In this document: positions 36,979-48,787 of the stretch, piece by piece
Layout of the letters: the number at the start of each line of letters is the position of its first letter
Position numbering within the stretch: the stretch's first letter is position 1
Program-made: the position numbers and the translations under genes
The notes under the pieces: model-generated
What the model was told of the DNA's origin: nothing
What the model saw: only the letters and a program-made list of their open reading frames with translations
Database searches by the model: none
Source: Chloroflexota bacterium
Lineage (GTDB): Bacteria > Chloroflexota > Limnocylindria > Limnocylindrales > CSP1-4
Assembly: GCA_040389445.1 (NCBI GenBank)
Contig: JAZJZX010000014.1
Coordinates: 130,744-194,743 of the forward strand
Direction of reading: 5' to 3'
DNA length: 64,000 nt

Positions 36979-38247
36979 ATGTTTGAACGTACGACACTGG
37001 CCGAGGGGCCGCGGGTCATCACAGCCGCCCTGCCCGGTTCGCGCTCGATCTCGGTCGCCGCGTACGTGCTCGCGGGGTCCCGCAGCGAAACGGAGGGGCA
37101 GGTCGGCGTCGCCCACTTCCTGGAGCACCTGACGTTCAAGGGAACGGCGGCCTACCCATCCACCCGGGCGCTGAGCGAAGGCATCGAGGGTGTGGGCGGC
37201 TCGTTCAATGCCGCCACGGATCGTGAATCGACCGTCTACTGGGCGCGCGTTCCACGGCGTGAGGTAGCCCGCGCGATCGATGTGGTCGGGGAACTGATCT
37301 GCCGACCGGCCCTCGCCGATTCCGACATCGATCGGGAGCGCGATGTCATCGTCGAGGAGATCAGGGGCTACCTGGACGATCCCGCCGAGTACTGCCAGAT
37401 CCTGTTCCAGCAGGCCATGTACGGGATCGGACCCCTGGGTCGGGAGATCTGCGGGGACGAGGCCGACATTCGAAGCCTGCAGCCGGATCGCATCCGCGAG
37501 TTCTGGACGTCTCGCTATCGACCGGCGAACACCGTCATCGCGATCGCCGGAGACATCACCCACGAGGACGCCGTCGGGCTGGTGGATCGATCGTTCGGGC
37601 GCGGCAACGGCGTCGGCCCCGGCTATGGGGAGGCGCCGACCCTGCCGGCGGGGGAGCAGATCCTCGTCGGTCGTCGTGACACCACACAGGCGCAGCTCAC
37701 GGTCGGCGTTCCGGCCCTGCGGCGAGATCACCCCGATGCATGGACGCTGTCCGTGCTCAATGCCGTCCTTGGAGACGGAATGAGCAGCCGGCTCTACCTG
37801 TCCCTCGTGGATCGGGACGGGCTGGCCTACGACGTCAGTTCGGGGCTCGTGGAATACGCGGACGCCGGTGCCCTCGAGGTCAGCGCCGGGGTCGACCCCG
37901 GCCGCCTTCCGGCCGCCCTCGACGCAATGCTGGTGGAGCTTGCCCGCCTCCGCGACACACCGATCCCGGCCGAGGAGCTCGCCAAGACCAAGGCCTATCT
38001 TGCCGGGGGTCTCGAGCTCCGCATGGACGAGACCCGCCACCTTGCGTCGTGGGTCGGCGGCCAGGAGGCGCTCCACGATCGTGTCCTCACGCTGGACGAG
38101 GCGCTGGTAGCGGTGGAGCAGGTGACCGCGGATGACATCAATCGCCTCGCGACCGAGCTGTTCCATGACGACCGGCTCCGCCTGGCCGTCGTCGCGCCGG
38201 CACGACATCTTCGGGGCCTCAAGCCCAGACTGCGGCTCCCGGCATGA
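36979..38247 (+). CDS. M16-family (pitrilysin/insulinase-like) zinc peptidase
   Basis: The inverted zinc motif HFLEHLTFKGT (HxxEH) lies near the N-terminus, and the length (422 aa) fits M16. Confidence 0.8.
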   Translation: MFERTTLAEGPRVITAALPGSRSISVAAYVLAGSRSETEGQVGVAHFLEHLTFKGTAAYPSTRALSEGIEGVGGSFNAATDRESTVYWARVPRREVARAIDVVGELICRPALADSDIDRERDVIVEEIRGYLDDPAEYCQILFQQAMYGIGPLGREICGDEADIRSLQPDRIREFWTSRYRPANTVIAIAGDITHEDAVGLVDRSFGRGNGVGPGYGEAPTLPAGEQILVGRRDTTQAQLTVGVPALRRDHPDAWTLSVLNAVLGDGMSSRLYLSLVDRDGLAYDVSSGLVEYADAGALEVSAGVDPGRLPAALDAMLVELARLRDTPIPAEELAKTKAYLAGGLELRMDETRHLASWVGGQEALHDRVLTLDEALVAVEQVTADDINRLATELFHDDRLRLAVVAPARHLRGLKPRLRLPA

Positions 38248-39044
38248 GCGACCGGGCAAGGCGACCCGAGCGCCTGGAGGCGGAGGAACGCCTGGCCGGG
38301 CTGCACCTGCGCGCCGGTGCGCTCCTGCTGGCCCGGGCCGAACTCGAATCGCTGGCCGCACGAGGCGAGATCGCCGTCGACGCCCTGGCCGATCTCGCTG
38401 AGGCGCGCTGGCGAACCGGGGAGCTCGAGAAGGCCGGATCCGCGGCCGAGGCGCACATCGCGGTCGGCGGCGACCGGCCGATCGCCCATCTGATCCTGGC
38501 GGAGGCCGTCACGGCCGCCGGCCGACCCGATGCGGCCGGAGACCACATGGCGCACCTGCGTGCCCTGGGCGCAGCCGAACTCACGGCGCTGTTCGCCGGC
38601 ATGCCGCACCGCGCCAACTGGTCGTCGCTCCCGGCCGGGGGCATCGAGCCCCGCGGACCGAAAGCGCAGCTCGGGAGACCGCCGGCAGCGGGCCCGGCGC
38701 CGGACGCGGTGACGGGCGACGCGCGCCCTGATGGACAGGTGGCCAAGCGTCCGGCCGGCGCCACGTTCCCCGAGGGCGAGGCGTTGCTGACCCAGGCCGT
38801 CGACGACATGCGGAGTCGCGATCCCGAGCGGATGGCTGCGGCCTTCGATCGCCTTGCCCTCGCCCTTCGTCTCGACCCGGCGCTGGCGCTTCGCGTCGTG
38901 GATCTCATCATTCGCCGGCAGGAGCCGGCGGCGCTCCTGGTCCGAGGCGACGCCCTGCGGATCCTGGGCCGCACCCTGGACGCCGAGGCAGCGTACGCCG
39001 GTGCCGCCGCGGCGCTGGATCGACCGACCCGTCACCGGCCCTGA
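38244..39044 (+). CDS. Ala/Arg-rich hypothetical protein, possibly TPR-like
   Basis: The start overlaps the M16 stop (ATGA), consistent with translational coupling. No family recognised. Confidence 0.4.
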   Translation: MSDRARRPERLEAEERLAGLHLRAGALLLARAELESLAARGEIAVDALADLAEARWRTGELEKAGSAAEAHIAVGGDRPIAHLILAEAVTAAGRPDAAGDHMAHLRALGAAELTALFAGMPHRANWSSLPAGGIEPRGPKAQLGRPPAAGPAPDAVTGDARPDGQVAKRPAGATFPEGEALLTQAVDDMRSRDPERMAAAFDRLALALRLDPALALRVVDLIIRRQEPAALLVRGDALRILGRTLDAEAAYAGAAAALDRPTRHRP

Positions 39045-39162
39045 ACCCACCGCTCCAGCCGCGCGCTCCCGGTCCCGCCATGCGACCCGGCTCGGCCGTC
39101 GTCGCAGGCCCTGCTATCGTTCGGCTCGCTCAACCCGACACACACACGATAGGACGCCCTCT

Positions 39163-39624
39163 GTGACCGAACGAACTCTTGTCCTCGTCAAGCCCGACGG
39201 CGTCCAGCGCCTCCTCGCCGGCCGCATTCTCGCCCGCTACGAAGAGCGCGGACTGCGCCTTGTCGGACTCAAGCTGATGACCGTCTCCCGCGAGCTCGCA
39301 GAGCGTCACTACGCGGTGCACGCGGAGCGCCCGTTCTTTCGCGGTCTCGTGGACTTCATCACGAGCGGCCCGCTCGTGGCCGCGGTGCTCGAAGGGCCGA
39401 ACGCGATCGCGGTGGTGCGCGCGATGAACGGGGCCACCCGCCCGCACGAAGCGGCACCGGGCACGATCCGGGGTGATCTTGCGCTCGAGACGGCACAGAA
39501 CCTTGTCCATGCGTCGGATGGTGCGGACACGGCAGCCGCAGAGATTTCCCTCTGGTTCAGCGCCGCGGAACTCCTCGAGTACGGACGCGACATCGATCGC
39601 TGGGTCCTGGCCCCGGCCGACTGA
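39163..39624 (+). CDS. ndk: Nucleoside diphosphate kinase
   Basis: VTERTLVLVKPDGVQR…, NxxHASD. GTG at 39163 starts a 153-aa protein of typical Ndk size. Confidence 0.85.
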   Translation: MTERTLVLVKPDGVQRLLAGRILARYEERGLRLVGLKLMTVSRELAERHYAVHAERPFFRGLVDFITSGPLVAAVLEGPNAIAVVRAMNGATRPHEAAPGTIRGDLALETAQNLVHASDGADTAAAEISLWFSAAELLEYGRDIDRWVLAPAD

Positions 39625-39704
39625 CGAATCAGCCCGGGGTCAAGCCCCCGGCCGGCACGAGGTCGCCTCGATCTCGACGAGATAACCGGGCCGTCGACGA
39701 CCGG

Positions 39705-41219
39705 TCACGGAGCGCCGACCGACGACGATGGTGTCGGCGCCGCGTCGCCCCCGGCAGGCCCCTCGTTCGGCGTCGTCGATCCCAGACCGCCGATCGCGAC
39801 AGACAGGCCGACGGTCGCGGCAAGGACGGCAGCCGCGGCGGCCAGCGCGAGCCTGTTTGCCCGGATGACCGCGGGCAGCATGCGGACCGGCGTCCGATCA
39901 CCCGCCCAGGCACCCGCGCTGCCGCGCCCGACGAGGGAAGCCCCGGTCGAGGCGCGCACGAGCGGCGACATCGCGCCCACGCCATCGACCAGCAGGCGGC
40001 CGAGGAAGATCGCGGGAGCGAACGCCGCGATCAGGACAAGCGTCGAGACGGGGCCCGGGAGCGCGAGACGGAGCAGGGTGGCCCGCGCCTCGTAGCCCGC
40101 GAAGGTCGGCAGCCCGATCGCGCCGATGATGACGATGGCAAACGCGACGCCCAGGATCGGCGCCCGCCGTGCCCACCCGCGCAGGTCCGGGCGTCGGTTC
40201 GTTCCGTAGGTCGATCGTGTCACGTGCACCCACGCGGCCAGGCCGGCCTTCACGGCGACGGCTGTCAGGATCCAGTCTCGCCCGGCAGCCGTGGCCGTCG
40301 GGCCGGTCGTGGCAAAGGCGAGCAGCACGATCCCGGCATCCTGGACGATCGCGTAGGCGAGGACGTGCTCGATGTCGTCGTGGAGAACGGCGGCGATGCC
40401 GCCGAGCACGATGCCGGCAGCAGCGATGACGGCAACCACGGCGCGTTCCGCACCGAGCGGCGCTGCCGTCGGGGCGATGGTGACCTCCACCCACCCCAGG
40501 GCAACGAGACCGAACGCAGCCGCGCCCCATCCGAGCAGGGGAGGCACTGCCGAAGCGGGCATCGCCTCCGTGTACCTGGCGACCCATGCGTGTGCGGGAA
40601 TGGCTCCCAGGCGAAGGACCACGGCCGCGACGAGTGCGACCAGCGCCAGACCCATGGCGACGTCGAGCGACGGGTCGGTTTCCCCGAGCGGGCCCACCGC
40701 CGTGAGCGGCCCGGCCGGCGACGCGGCCCAGGCCACGACGAACAGGCTGAGGAGGGTCGAGGCGATCAGCGGCCGGACGACCGCGGTCCCGAGGCGGGCG
40801 CCGGAGGTTCCCAGCGCGTGGATGCGGACCATCGGCACCACGGATGTCAGCAGGGCTCCGGCGCCAAGGAGGGCAAAGCCGACTCCAGGATCGGGGACGG
40901 CCAGTCCCAGCGCGCCGAACGCAAACCCAACGAGCGAGGGGCCCAGGATCCCCGGGCTCACGCCAACCAGCGCGTCGATGACGCCGAAGAGCAGAATCGA
41001 CGCTGCCCAGGCCACGCCGAGCGTCCGCAGGCCGTCCGACCCACCGATCAGCGAGCCGGCAACAGGCACCACGTCCGCGGCGTCGATCGAGGCCGCCGCC
41101 ACGAGGCATGCCACCGCCGTGGCCAGGCCCACCGCGAATGCCAGCGACCGGCGTCGCACAAGCAGCGTCGTGGCGAGACCGCCCGGGAGCGCCAGCAGGA
41201 CGAGAAGCAGGACGCTCAT
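39705..41219 (-). CDS. Proton-conducting membrane transporter subunit (NuoN/NuoM/MnhD family), orphan
   Basis: 504 aa, about 14 transmembrane helices, with the family motif …HVLAYAIVQDAGIVLLAF… No other complex I or Mrp subunits are nearby. Confidence 0.55.
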   Translation of the reverse strand: MSVLLLVLLALPGGLATTLLVRRRSLAFAVGLATAVACLVAAASIDAADVVPVAGSLIGGSDGLRTLGVAWAASILLFGVIDALVGVSPGILGPSLVGFAFGALGLAVPDPGVGFALLGAGALLTSVVPMVRIHALGTSGARLGTAVVRPLIASTLLSLFVVAWAASPAGPLTAVGPLGETDPSLDVAMGLALVALVAAVVLRLGAIPAHAWVARYTEAMPASAVPPLLGWGAAAFGLVALGWVEVTIAPTAAPLGAERAVVAVIAAAGIVLGGIAAVLHDDIEHVLAYAIVQDAGIVLLAFATTGPTATAAGRDWILTAVAVKAGLAAWVHVTRSTYGTNRRPDLRGWARRAPILGVAFAIVIIGAIGLPTFAGYEARATLLRLALPGPVSTLVLIAAFAPAIFLGRLLVDGVGAMSPLVRASTGASLVGRGSAGAWAGDRTPVRMLPAVIRANRLALAAAAAVLAATVGLSVAIGGLGSTTPNEGPAGGDAAPTPSSSVGAP

Positions 41220-41935
41220 GCGGGTTCGGCCGGTGCGCCGTCGCCTGTCGAACGCTGAGGCGTCAGCTGCGCCTGGTCGTCGGGGTCGTCGTCATGGCCT
41301 GCCTCGAGCGCGATCAGGATGGACCCGGTGATCGCTGCCGCGACGGCCAGCGCGACGCCGGTGAGTTGTTCGAGGTCGCCGGGCGCGCCGGCGACACCAG
41401 TGCGAAGCAGCATGATCCCCATGATGAGGACCAACAGGCCGACGGCCGTTCGGAAGCCATCCCGCGCCCGCACCGCAGGCACGATCGCGATCACGATGGC
41501 GGCGAGTCCGGCTCCTGCTGCCGCCGAGGCCGCACTCCAGGCCCCGAGCGCGTCGCCCGACGTAATCCCGGGACCCGCCGGGTTCAGGGCCTCGAGATGG
41601 ATCGAGATGCTGAGGCCGACGATCCATGCCGCAAGGGCCAGCAGGGTCTCGGCAGGCCAGCCGGTCCGCGACCCGCCGTGGCCGATACGGGGTCGCGCTG
41701 TGCCGGCCGGAGCCTCAGCCGAAGCGACGGCCGCCCGAAGGAGGTAAGCGGCGAGCGCCGCTCCGACGACCCTCGTGGCGAGGACCGTCAGCGGTGGCAG
41801 CGGATCGGCAAGGAATGGTGCAGCAGCCATCGCGACGGCGAGACCGACGAGGGCGACGCGCGCCTCGCGAGCCGACACGGCGACCACCGCGCCCGCGGTC
41901 ACCGCGAACGCGACTCCCACGAGGATCGGGCTCAC
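41216..41935 (-). CDS. Hypothetical integral membrane protein, translationally coupled to the NuoN-like gene
   Basis: 239 aa with 6-7 hydrophobic segments. There is a 4-bp overlap with the downstream gene. Confidence 0.4.
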   Translation of the reverse strand: MSPILVGVAFAVTAGAVVAVSAREARVALVGLAVAMAAAPFLADPLPPLTVLATRVVGAALAAYLLRAAVASAEAPAGTARPRIGHGGSRTGWPAETLLALAAWIVGLSISIHLEALNPAGPGITSGDALGAWSAASAAAGAGLAAIVIAIVPAVRARDGFRTAVGLLVLIMGIMLLRTGVAGAPGDLEQLTGVALAVAAAITGSILIALEAGHDDDPDDQAQLTPQRSTGDGAPAEPA

Positions 41936-41959
41936 GCGGCCGGGCTCACGTGGCCGGGA

Positions 41960-42559
41960 TCACGGCGAGGACGGCGTCAACTCCGGGTGCTCCGGCACCG
42001 GGAGGAACCCGATCTTGTCGAACGGCCAGTAGCGGACCCAGGCTCGCCCGACGACCTTGGCTATCTCGACGGGCCCGAAGTTGCGCGAGTCGGCCGAATT
42101 CTCGCGGTGGTCGCCCATCAGGAACAGCTCGCCGACCGGGACAACCCAGCGCGTGGCCCCGCCGGGGGAGGGGTAGGTCTGCTGCTGGACCCCATTCGCA
42201 TCCGCGAAGATGTACGGCTCAACGAGCGCGATGCCGTTGACACGAACCTCGCCGTTCTGCAGCTCGATCACGTCGCCGGGCAGGCCGATGACGCGCTTGA
42301 TGAAGGGGACGTCCGAGCCCTGGTCCCAGCTCTGGGGTGGGTGGAAGACCACGATGTCGCCATACGAGTACGCGTCCCACCGCGGCGACAGCTTGTCCAC
42401 GAGGACGTACTGCTCGGGGAGCAGGGTGTTCTCCATCGAGCCCTGCTGGACCTTGTACGGCTGGGCGACAAACGCCTGGATACCAAAGAAGATAACGACC
42501 GTGAGGACGAGGGTTTCAAGGACCTCGAAAAGACAGCCGATGGCGGGTCGATGACTCAC
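41960..42559 (-). CDS. lepB: Signal peptidase I
   Basis: The N-terminal transmembrane helix is followed by …QGSMENTL… (Ser box) and …GDHRENSADSR… (Lys/Asp box region). Confidence 0.85.
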   Translation of the reverse strand: MSHRPAIGCLFEVLETLVLTVVIFFGIQAFVAQPYKVQQGSMENTLLPEQYVLVDKLSPRWDAYSYGDIVVFHPPQSWDQGSDVPFIKRVIGLPGDVIELQNGEVRVNGIALVEPYIFADANGVQQQTYPSPGGATRWVVPVGELFLMGDHRENSADSRNFGPVEIAKVVGRAWVRYWPFDKIGFLPVPEHPELTPSSP

Positions 42560-42627
42560 AGGACCGGGAGTATAGGGGCTGTGCTATCGTCCCGCCCCGT
42601 GACCCGAAGTCCGGGTGAGAGGTGGCG

Positions 42628-44688
42628 ATGCGCCGGCTCATCTCGCTGGTAAGTGCGATCGTGGCGCTCGTGGGCCTCGGCTTCGTCCTCGTCAATGCGA
42701 CGACCGTCGATCGACGTCCCCCGAGCGTGAAGACGATCTCCCTGAGCGCGCCCGCAGGCGACGCGCGTCTTGCCCAGACGCTGACCGCCATCGACATCGA
42801 GTTCAGTGAGCCGGTCAGGGCGTCCAGCGCAGAATCCCGCTTCCGGATCGATCCCGTCATCGACGGGGCCTTCACGTGGGACGGATCAACGGCCATCTTC
42901 ACGCCGTCCCGGACACTGCCGCAGGACACGACGTTCACGATTTCCATCGCCCCCGGAGTCGAGGACCTTGGAGGCAACGTCGACTCCGTCGGTCTCGAGG
43001 CCTGGACCTTCGCGACCGTCGGCTCGCCGGTGGTTCTCAATGTGAGGCCGGTGGATGGCGCTTCGGGTGTACCGCTCGATGGGACCATCGACCTGGTGTT
43101 CGACCGGCTCATGGACACGACCTCTGTCGAGGCTGCGATCAGTGTCACGCCGGCTGCCAGGGTGACAGCCGCGTGGAGCGGCTCCGTGGTGACGCTGACC
43201 CTGGGGCCCGGCCTCAGCCCGGGGACCCGCTACACGCTGACGGTCGATGCCTCTGCCGCCGACACCGGCGGCGGACGGCTCGGCGCACCGTTCCGAACGA
43301 CCTTCACCACCGCCGGCGCGGGCCTCGAAATCCTGTCCCTCATTCCAGGTGACGGGGTGGCGGGGATCGGTGTCGGCACACCGATCGCCATTCGGTTCGA
43401 TGGGCCCATCGAACCCGATTCGGCACGATCCGCGATTCGCATCACGCCCAGCGTCGACGGATCGGCGCACGTTCTCACGCTCGGTGGCGACGGCAGCGGC
43501 CTCGACGCCGCCGAGTCCCCGGAGGGCGGCGATACCCTCGTGTTCGTCCCGTCCACGTTGCTGGCGCCGCACACCACCTACACGGTCACCCTCGAGCCGA
43601 TCGTGGCCCGTCTCGGCGATCCGGCTGCCGTCACGCTCGGCAGAACCTGGTCGTTCACGACCGGCGCCCCCACGAAATCCGGCCAGAACCAGATCGCGTT
43701 CCTCGGCGCCCGGGGTGGGGTCCGGAATGTCTGGGTCATGAACCCCGACGGCACCAACCAGCGCCAGCTCACCGTCGAGTTGCTACCCGTCACCAGCTAT
43801 GACGCGACGGCCGATGGTGCGCGGCTCGTCTACGCGGCCGGGGGCCTGGTGAAGATCATGTCCATCGACGGATCCGGCCTTCGCCGGGTCACCGCCGACG
43901 ACGGGCGCCTCGAATACGGCGCCGTCCTCGTCCCGGGAGATTCACAGGTCGTCCTGGCCCGCCGCGATTCGAGCGGGGCGGACCTTGGGTACTGGCTCGT
44001 GCCGCTGCCGGGGACTTCGGGTCAGGAGCGGCAGCTGCTCGGTTCGGGCGCGCCAGCCCCGGACTCGGCATCGCTCGGCGGCGACGGGATCGGCGCCACG
44101 GACCGCACCCCGCCATGGGTCCCGCGGATCGCATTCGACCCGAGTGGTCGCACCGCCCTGATCGTCACCTCGGAGGGCGAGGTCCAGGTGGTCGATCTGC
44201 GTGACCCGGGCGCCATCGGGGGAGACGTGGCACCGCCCATTCGCGTAGCCCTCGTCGGTCAGGCCGCCCCGATCTGGGTGCCGGCGCGCGATGCCTTCGT
44301 GCTGGCCGCCACCCGCTCGTCCGGCGGCGCTCCGACCCTGGTGTCCGTCGATGTCCGCGGACGCATCGGAACCGTCGCCGACAGCGTCGGCGCCGGCGGG
44401 CCGGTCGCCCTCTCGGCGGATGGATCGCTGGCGTTCGTGGTCCGCCAGGCTGACGGCCGCGCGGTGCTCCGACGCATCTCGATCTCCGGCGTGGTCCAGG
44501 ATATCGCCGGACTCCCCGGGCGTGACGATCGGTGGCCGGCGTTCGCTCCGGACGGGCGCACGCTGATGGTGGCCAGATCGCTGATCACGCAGCCGACGGT
44601 ATCGGACGGGATCTGGCGGATCGACCTTGCCACCGGCGAGGCGCGTCGGCTGACCGTGGACGGTGCCTACGGGCGCTGGATTCCGTAG
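42628..44688 (+). CDS. Secreted or membrane-anchored protein with repeated Ig-like (SbsA/Big-type) domains and a C-terminal TolB-like beta-propeller
   Basis: N-terminal signal/anchor (LISLVSAIVALVGLGFVLV). Repeated …F/TPS..L.P.T.YT.T.. units are present. The C-terminus has …PDG…L… repeats like WD40/TolB. Confidence 0.55.
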   Translation: MRRLISLVSAIVALVGLGFVLVNATTVDRRPPSVKTISLSAPAGDARLAQTLTAIDIEFSEPVRASSAESRFRIDPVIDGAFTWDGSTAIFTPSRTLPQDTTFTISIAPGVEDLGGNVDSVGLEAWTFATVGSPVVLNVRPVDGASGVPLDGTIDLVFDRLMDTTSVEAAISVTPAARVTAAWSGSVVTLTLGPGLSPGTRYTLTVDASAADTGGGRLGAPFRTTFTTAGAGLEILSLIPGDGVAGIGVGTPIAIRFDGPIEPDSARSAIRITPSVDGSAHVLTLGGDGSGLDAAESPEGGDTLVFVPSTLLAPHTTYTVTLEPIVARLGDPAAVTLGRTWSFTTGAPTKSGQNQIAFLGARGGVRNVWVMNPDGTNQRQLTVELLPVTSYDATADGARLVYAAGGLVKIMSIDGSGLRRVTADDGRLEYGAVLVPGDSQVVLARRDSSGADLGYWLVPLPGTSGQERQLLGSGAPAPDSASLGGDGIGATDRTPPWVPRIAFDPSGRTALIVTSEGEVQVVDLRDPGAIGGDVAPPIRVALVGQAAPIWVPARDAFVLAATRSSGGAPTLVSVDVRGRIGTVADSVGAGGPVALSADGSLAFVVRQADGRAVLRRISISGVVQDIAGLPGRDDRWPAFAPDGRTLMVARSLITQPTVSDGIWRIDLATGEARRLTVDGAYGRWIP

Positions 44689-44830
44689 AGAGCCTCGCCC
44701 GGTGCGCCCATCCTTCGCGGCGCCGCGCGCGGATGCCCAACGCCACGATCCCTTGGCAGCGCTCCCGGCCCGCGCTCGAGCGGCCCCCGTGACCACGGAG
44801 GCGTCACGCCGCAATGAACAAACGCGTGAG

Positions 44831-44860
44831 TTGACCCGTTCGAACAGCGGTTGATACACT
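44831..44860 (+). promoter_or_regulatory. Candidate sigma70-type promoter upstream of hppA (TTGACC-18-TACACT, with TG at -14)
   Basis: Hexamers read from the sequence. The leader to the start codon would be ~155 nt. Confidence 0.25.
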
Positions 44861-45017
44861 CGCCGCCACCCTCAAGTGGCTCGCCCGTGATGCGTCCTGA
44901 GTTCCCGCACGCGGTTCCGAGTCAATGTCTGCTGCTCCGAGTTGCGCCCATTCGGGCGGCGCGTGTCCATCGGCGGGCCGCGTACACGTCTGCACCATGG
45001 AGGATCCGCACACCCCG

Positions 45018-47225
<2,208 letters not shown>

Positions 47226-47277
47226 GTCCCGTCACAACTCGGCGGTCGGGCCCGGCCCGGCCGCCCCAAGGAGCCGG

Positions 47278-48114
47278 ATGGACCCGATCATCCAGGGCGT
47301 TGTCATGGGGCTGGTGCAGGGCCTCACCGAGTTCCTGCCCGTCTCCAGTTCCGGCCACCTGATCGTCGTCCCGGCCCTCCTGGGCTGGGACGATCCGTTC
47401 ATCGAGAGTCTGGTCTTCAGTGTCCTGCTCCATCTCGCCACGCTCCTGGCGCTGCTGATCTATTTCCGGGCGGACTGGCTCCGTTTGATTCCTGCCTGGT
47501 TCGCCTCGCTCCGGGACCGATCCATCAACGGAGATCCCGACCGGCGGCTCGCCTGGCTGCTCTTCGTGTCGACGATTCCGGCCGTCATCGCCGGATTGCT
47601 CCTCAACGACTTGATCGAGGGAGCGTTCCGGTCGGCAAACCTGGTCGCCATCACGCTCGTGATCGGGGCCGCGATCCTGTGGCTCGCCGAGCGGGTGGGA
47701 ACCCGGGACCGCTCCATGGGAGCCCTCGGGATCGGCGGTGCGATCGGGATCGGTGCGGCGCAGGCGCTCGCGCTGGTGCCGGGCATCAGCCGCTCCGGCA
47801 TCTCGATCTCGGCCGGGCTGTTCGCCGGGCTTGATCGCGAGTCGGCCGCACGGTTCAGCTTTCTCATGGCCACGCCCATCACCGCTGGCGCCGGCCTGTT
47901 CGAGGTCCGCAAGGTGCTCGACGGTCAGGCCGGCGTGGACCTCGCGGCAGGTCCCCTGATCGCCGGCATGATCGCGGCGCTCGTGGCCGGGCTGGTTGCG
48001 ATTTCGTTCCTGCTGCGATTCCTGCGCTCGAATCCAACTACCGTCTTCATCGTCTATCGGTTGGTCCTGGCGGCCGTGGTGGTCGTGGCCTGGCTCGGCC
48101 TGTGGGATCGCTAG
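47278..48114 (+). CDS. uppP: Undecaprenyl-diphosphate phosphatase
   Basis: …GLTEFLPVSSSGHL… and …PGISRSG… (BacA motifs). 278 aa. Confidence 0.85.
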   Translation: MDPIIQGVVMGLVQGLTEFLPVSSSGHLIVVPALLGWDDPFIESLVFSVLLHLATLLALLIYFRADWLRLIPAWFASLRDRSINGDPDRRLAWLLFVSTIPAVIAGLLLNDLIEGAFRSANLVAITLVIGAAILWLAERVGTRDRSMGALGIGGAIGIGAAQALALVPGISRSGISISAGLFAGLDRESAARFSFLMATPITAGAGLFEVRKVLDGQAGVDLAAGPLIAGMIAALVAGLVAISFLLRFLRSNPTTVFIVYRLVLAAVVVVAWLGLWDR

Positions 48115-48136
48115 GGAGGGACGGGGCATCGAAGTC

Positions 48137-48598
48137 ATGAAGCAGCTCCGCCAGCGGGCGATCCGGGACCTGGTGGACCAGCGCCCGATCCGGACCCAGC
48201 AGGAGCTGGCGGCAGCCCTCCGCGAGCGCGGCTTCCGGACGACGCAGGCGACGATCAGCCGCGACGTCGCCGAGCTCGGTCTGGTCAAGGCCACCCGCAG
48301 CGGGACCCACGCGTATGCCCTCCCTCCGCGACTCGTGGAGGCCGAGACCTCGGGGGAGGATCGCCTCCGCCGGCTCCTTCGCGATCTGCCCGCCGAGATC
48401 CGTGAATCCGGCCTCATCCTCGTCGTCCGGACGCTTCCCGGATCGGCCCATCCCATCGCCGCCGCGCTGGACCGGGCGCGCTGGCCGGAGGTGGCCGGGT
48501 CCATCGCGGGCGACGACACGGTGTTCGTCGCGGTCACGGACCGGGCGGCGCTGAAGCGCGTGCGGCAGCGCCTCGTTCAGCTCGTCGAGGCCGATTGA
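48137..48598 (+). CDS. argR: Arginine repressor ArgR
   Basis: MKQLRQRAIRDLVDQRPIRTQQELAAALRERGFRTTQATISRDVAELGLVK (winged-helix DNA-binding domain), followed by the oligomerisation/arginine-binding domain. GGGAGGG lies upstream. Confidence 0.8.
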   Translation: MKQLRQRAIRDLVDQRPIRTQQELAAALRERGFRTTQATISRDVAELGLVKATRSGTHAYALPPRLVEAETSGEDRLRRLLRDLPAEIRESGLILVVRTLPGSAHPIAAALDRARWPEVAGSIAGDDTVFVAVTDRAALKRVRQRLVQLVEAD

Positions 48599-48631
48599 TC
48601 GACGCTTCCGGTCGTTGCGCAGCGCGTGCCT

Positions 48632-48660
48632 TTGACACCCTTCGGGGGTCGCGCTAGGCT
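48632..48660 (+). promoter_or_regulatory. Candidate promoter of greA: TTGACA-17 nt-TAGGCT
   Basis: Consensus -35 at 48632-48637 and an actinobacterial-style -10 (TAGGCT) at 48655-48660, ~130 nt upstream of the greA start. Confidence 0.35.
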
Positions 48661-48693
48661 ACGCCGCCAGCCTCGAACTCCAGCTCGCGGGAC

Positions 48694-48724
48694 AACCCCG
48701 GAACTGCTGGGGTTCTTCATTATT
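48694..48724 (+). promoter_or_regulatory. Terminator-like hairpin plus U-rich tract inside the greA leader (possible attenuator, or GraL-like leader RNA 3' end)
   Basis: Stem aaccccgg/ctggggtt with loop aactg, followed by cttcattatt, between the candidate promoter and the greA start. Confidence 0.3.
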
Positions 48725-48787
48725 CGAGCCCTCGTCGCTCCGCCATCCGCCATCAGCGGTGACCCGGGGCCCCATTCGGGAGCCCAA

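Noticed and set aside
36889-38361. 490-aa ORF antisense to the M16 peptidase gene
   Set aside because: The M16 HxxEH zinc motif and family-typical length are on the plus strand. The antisense ORF has no features.
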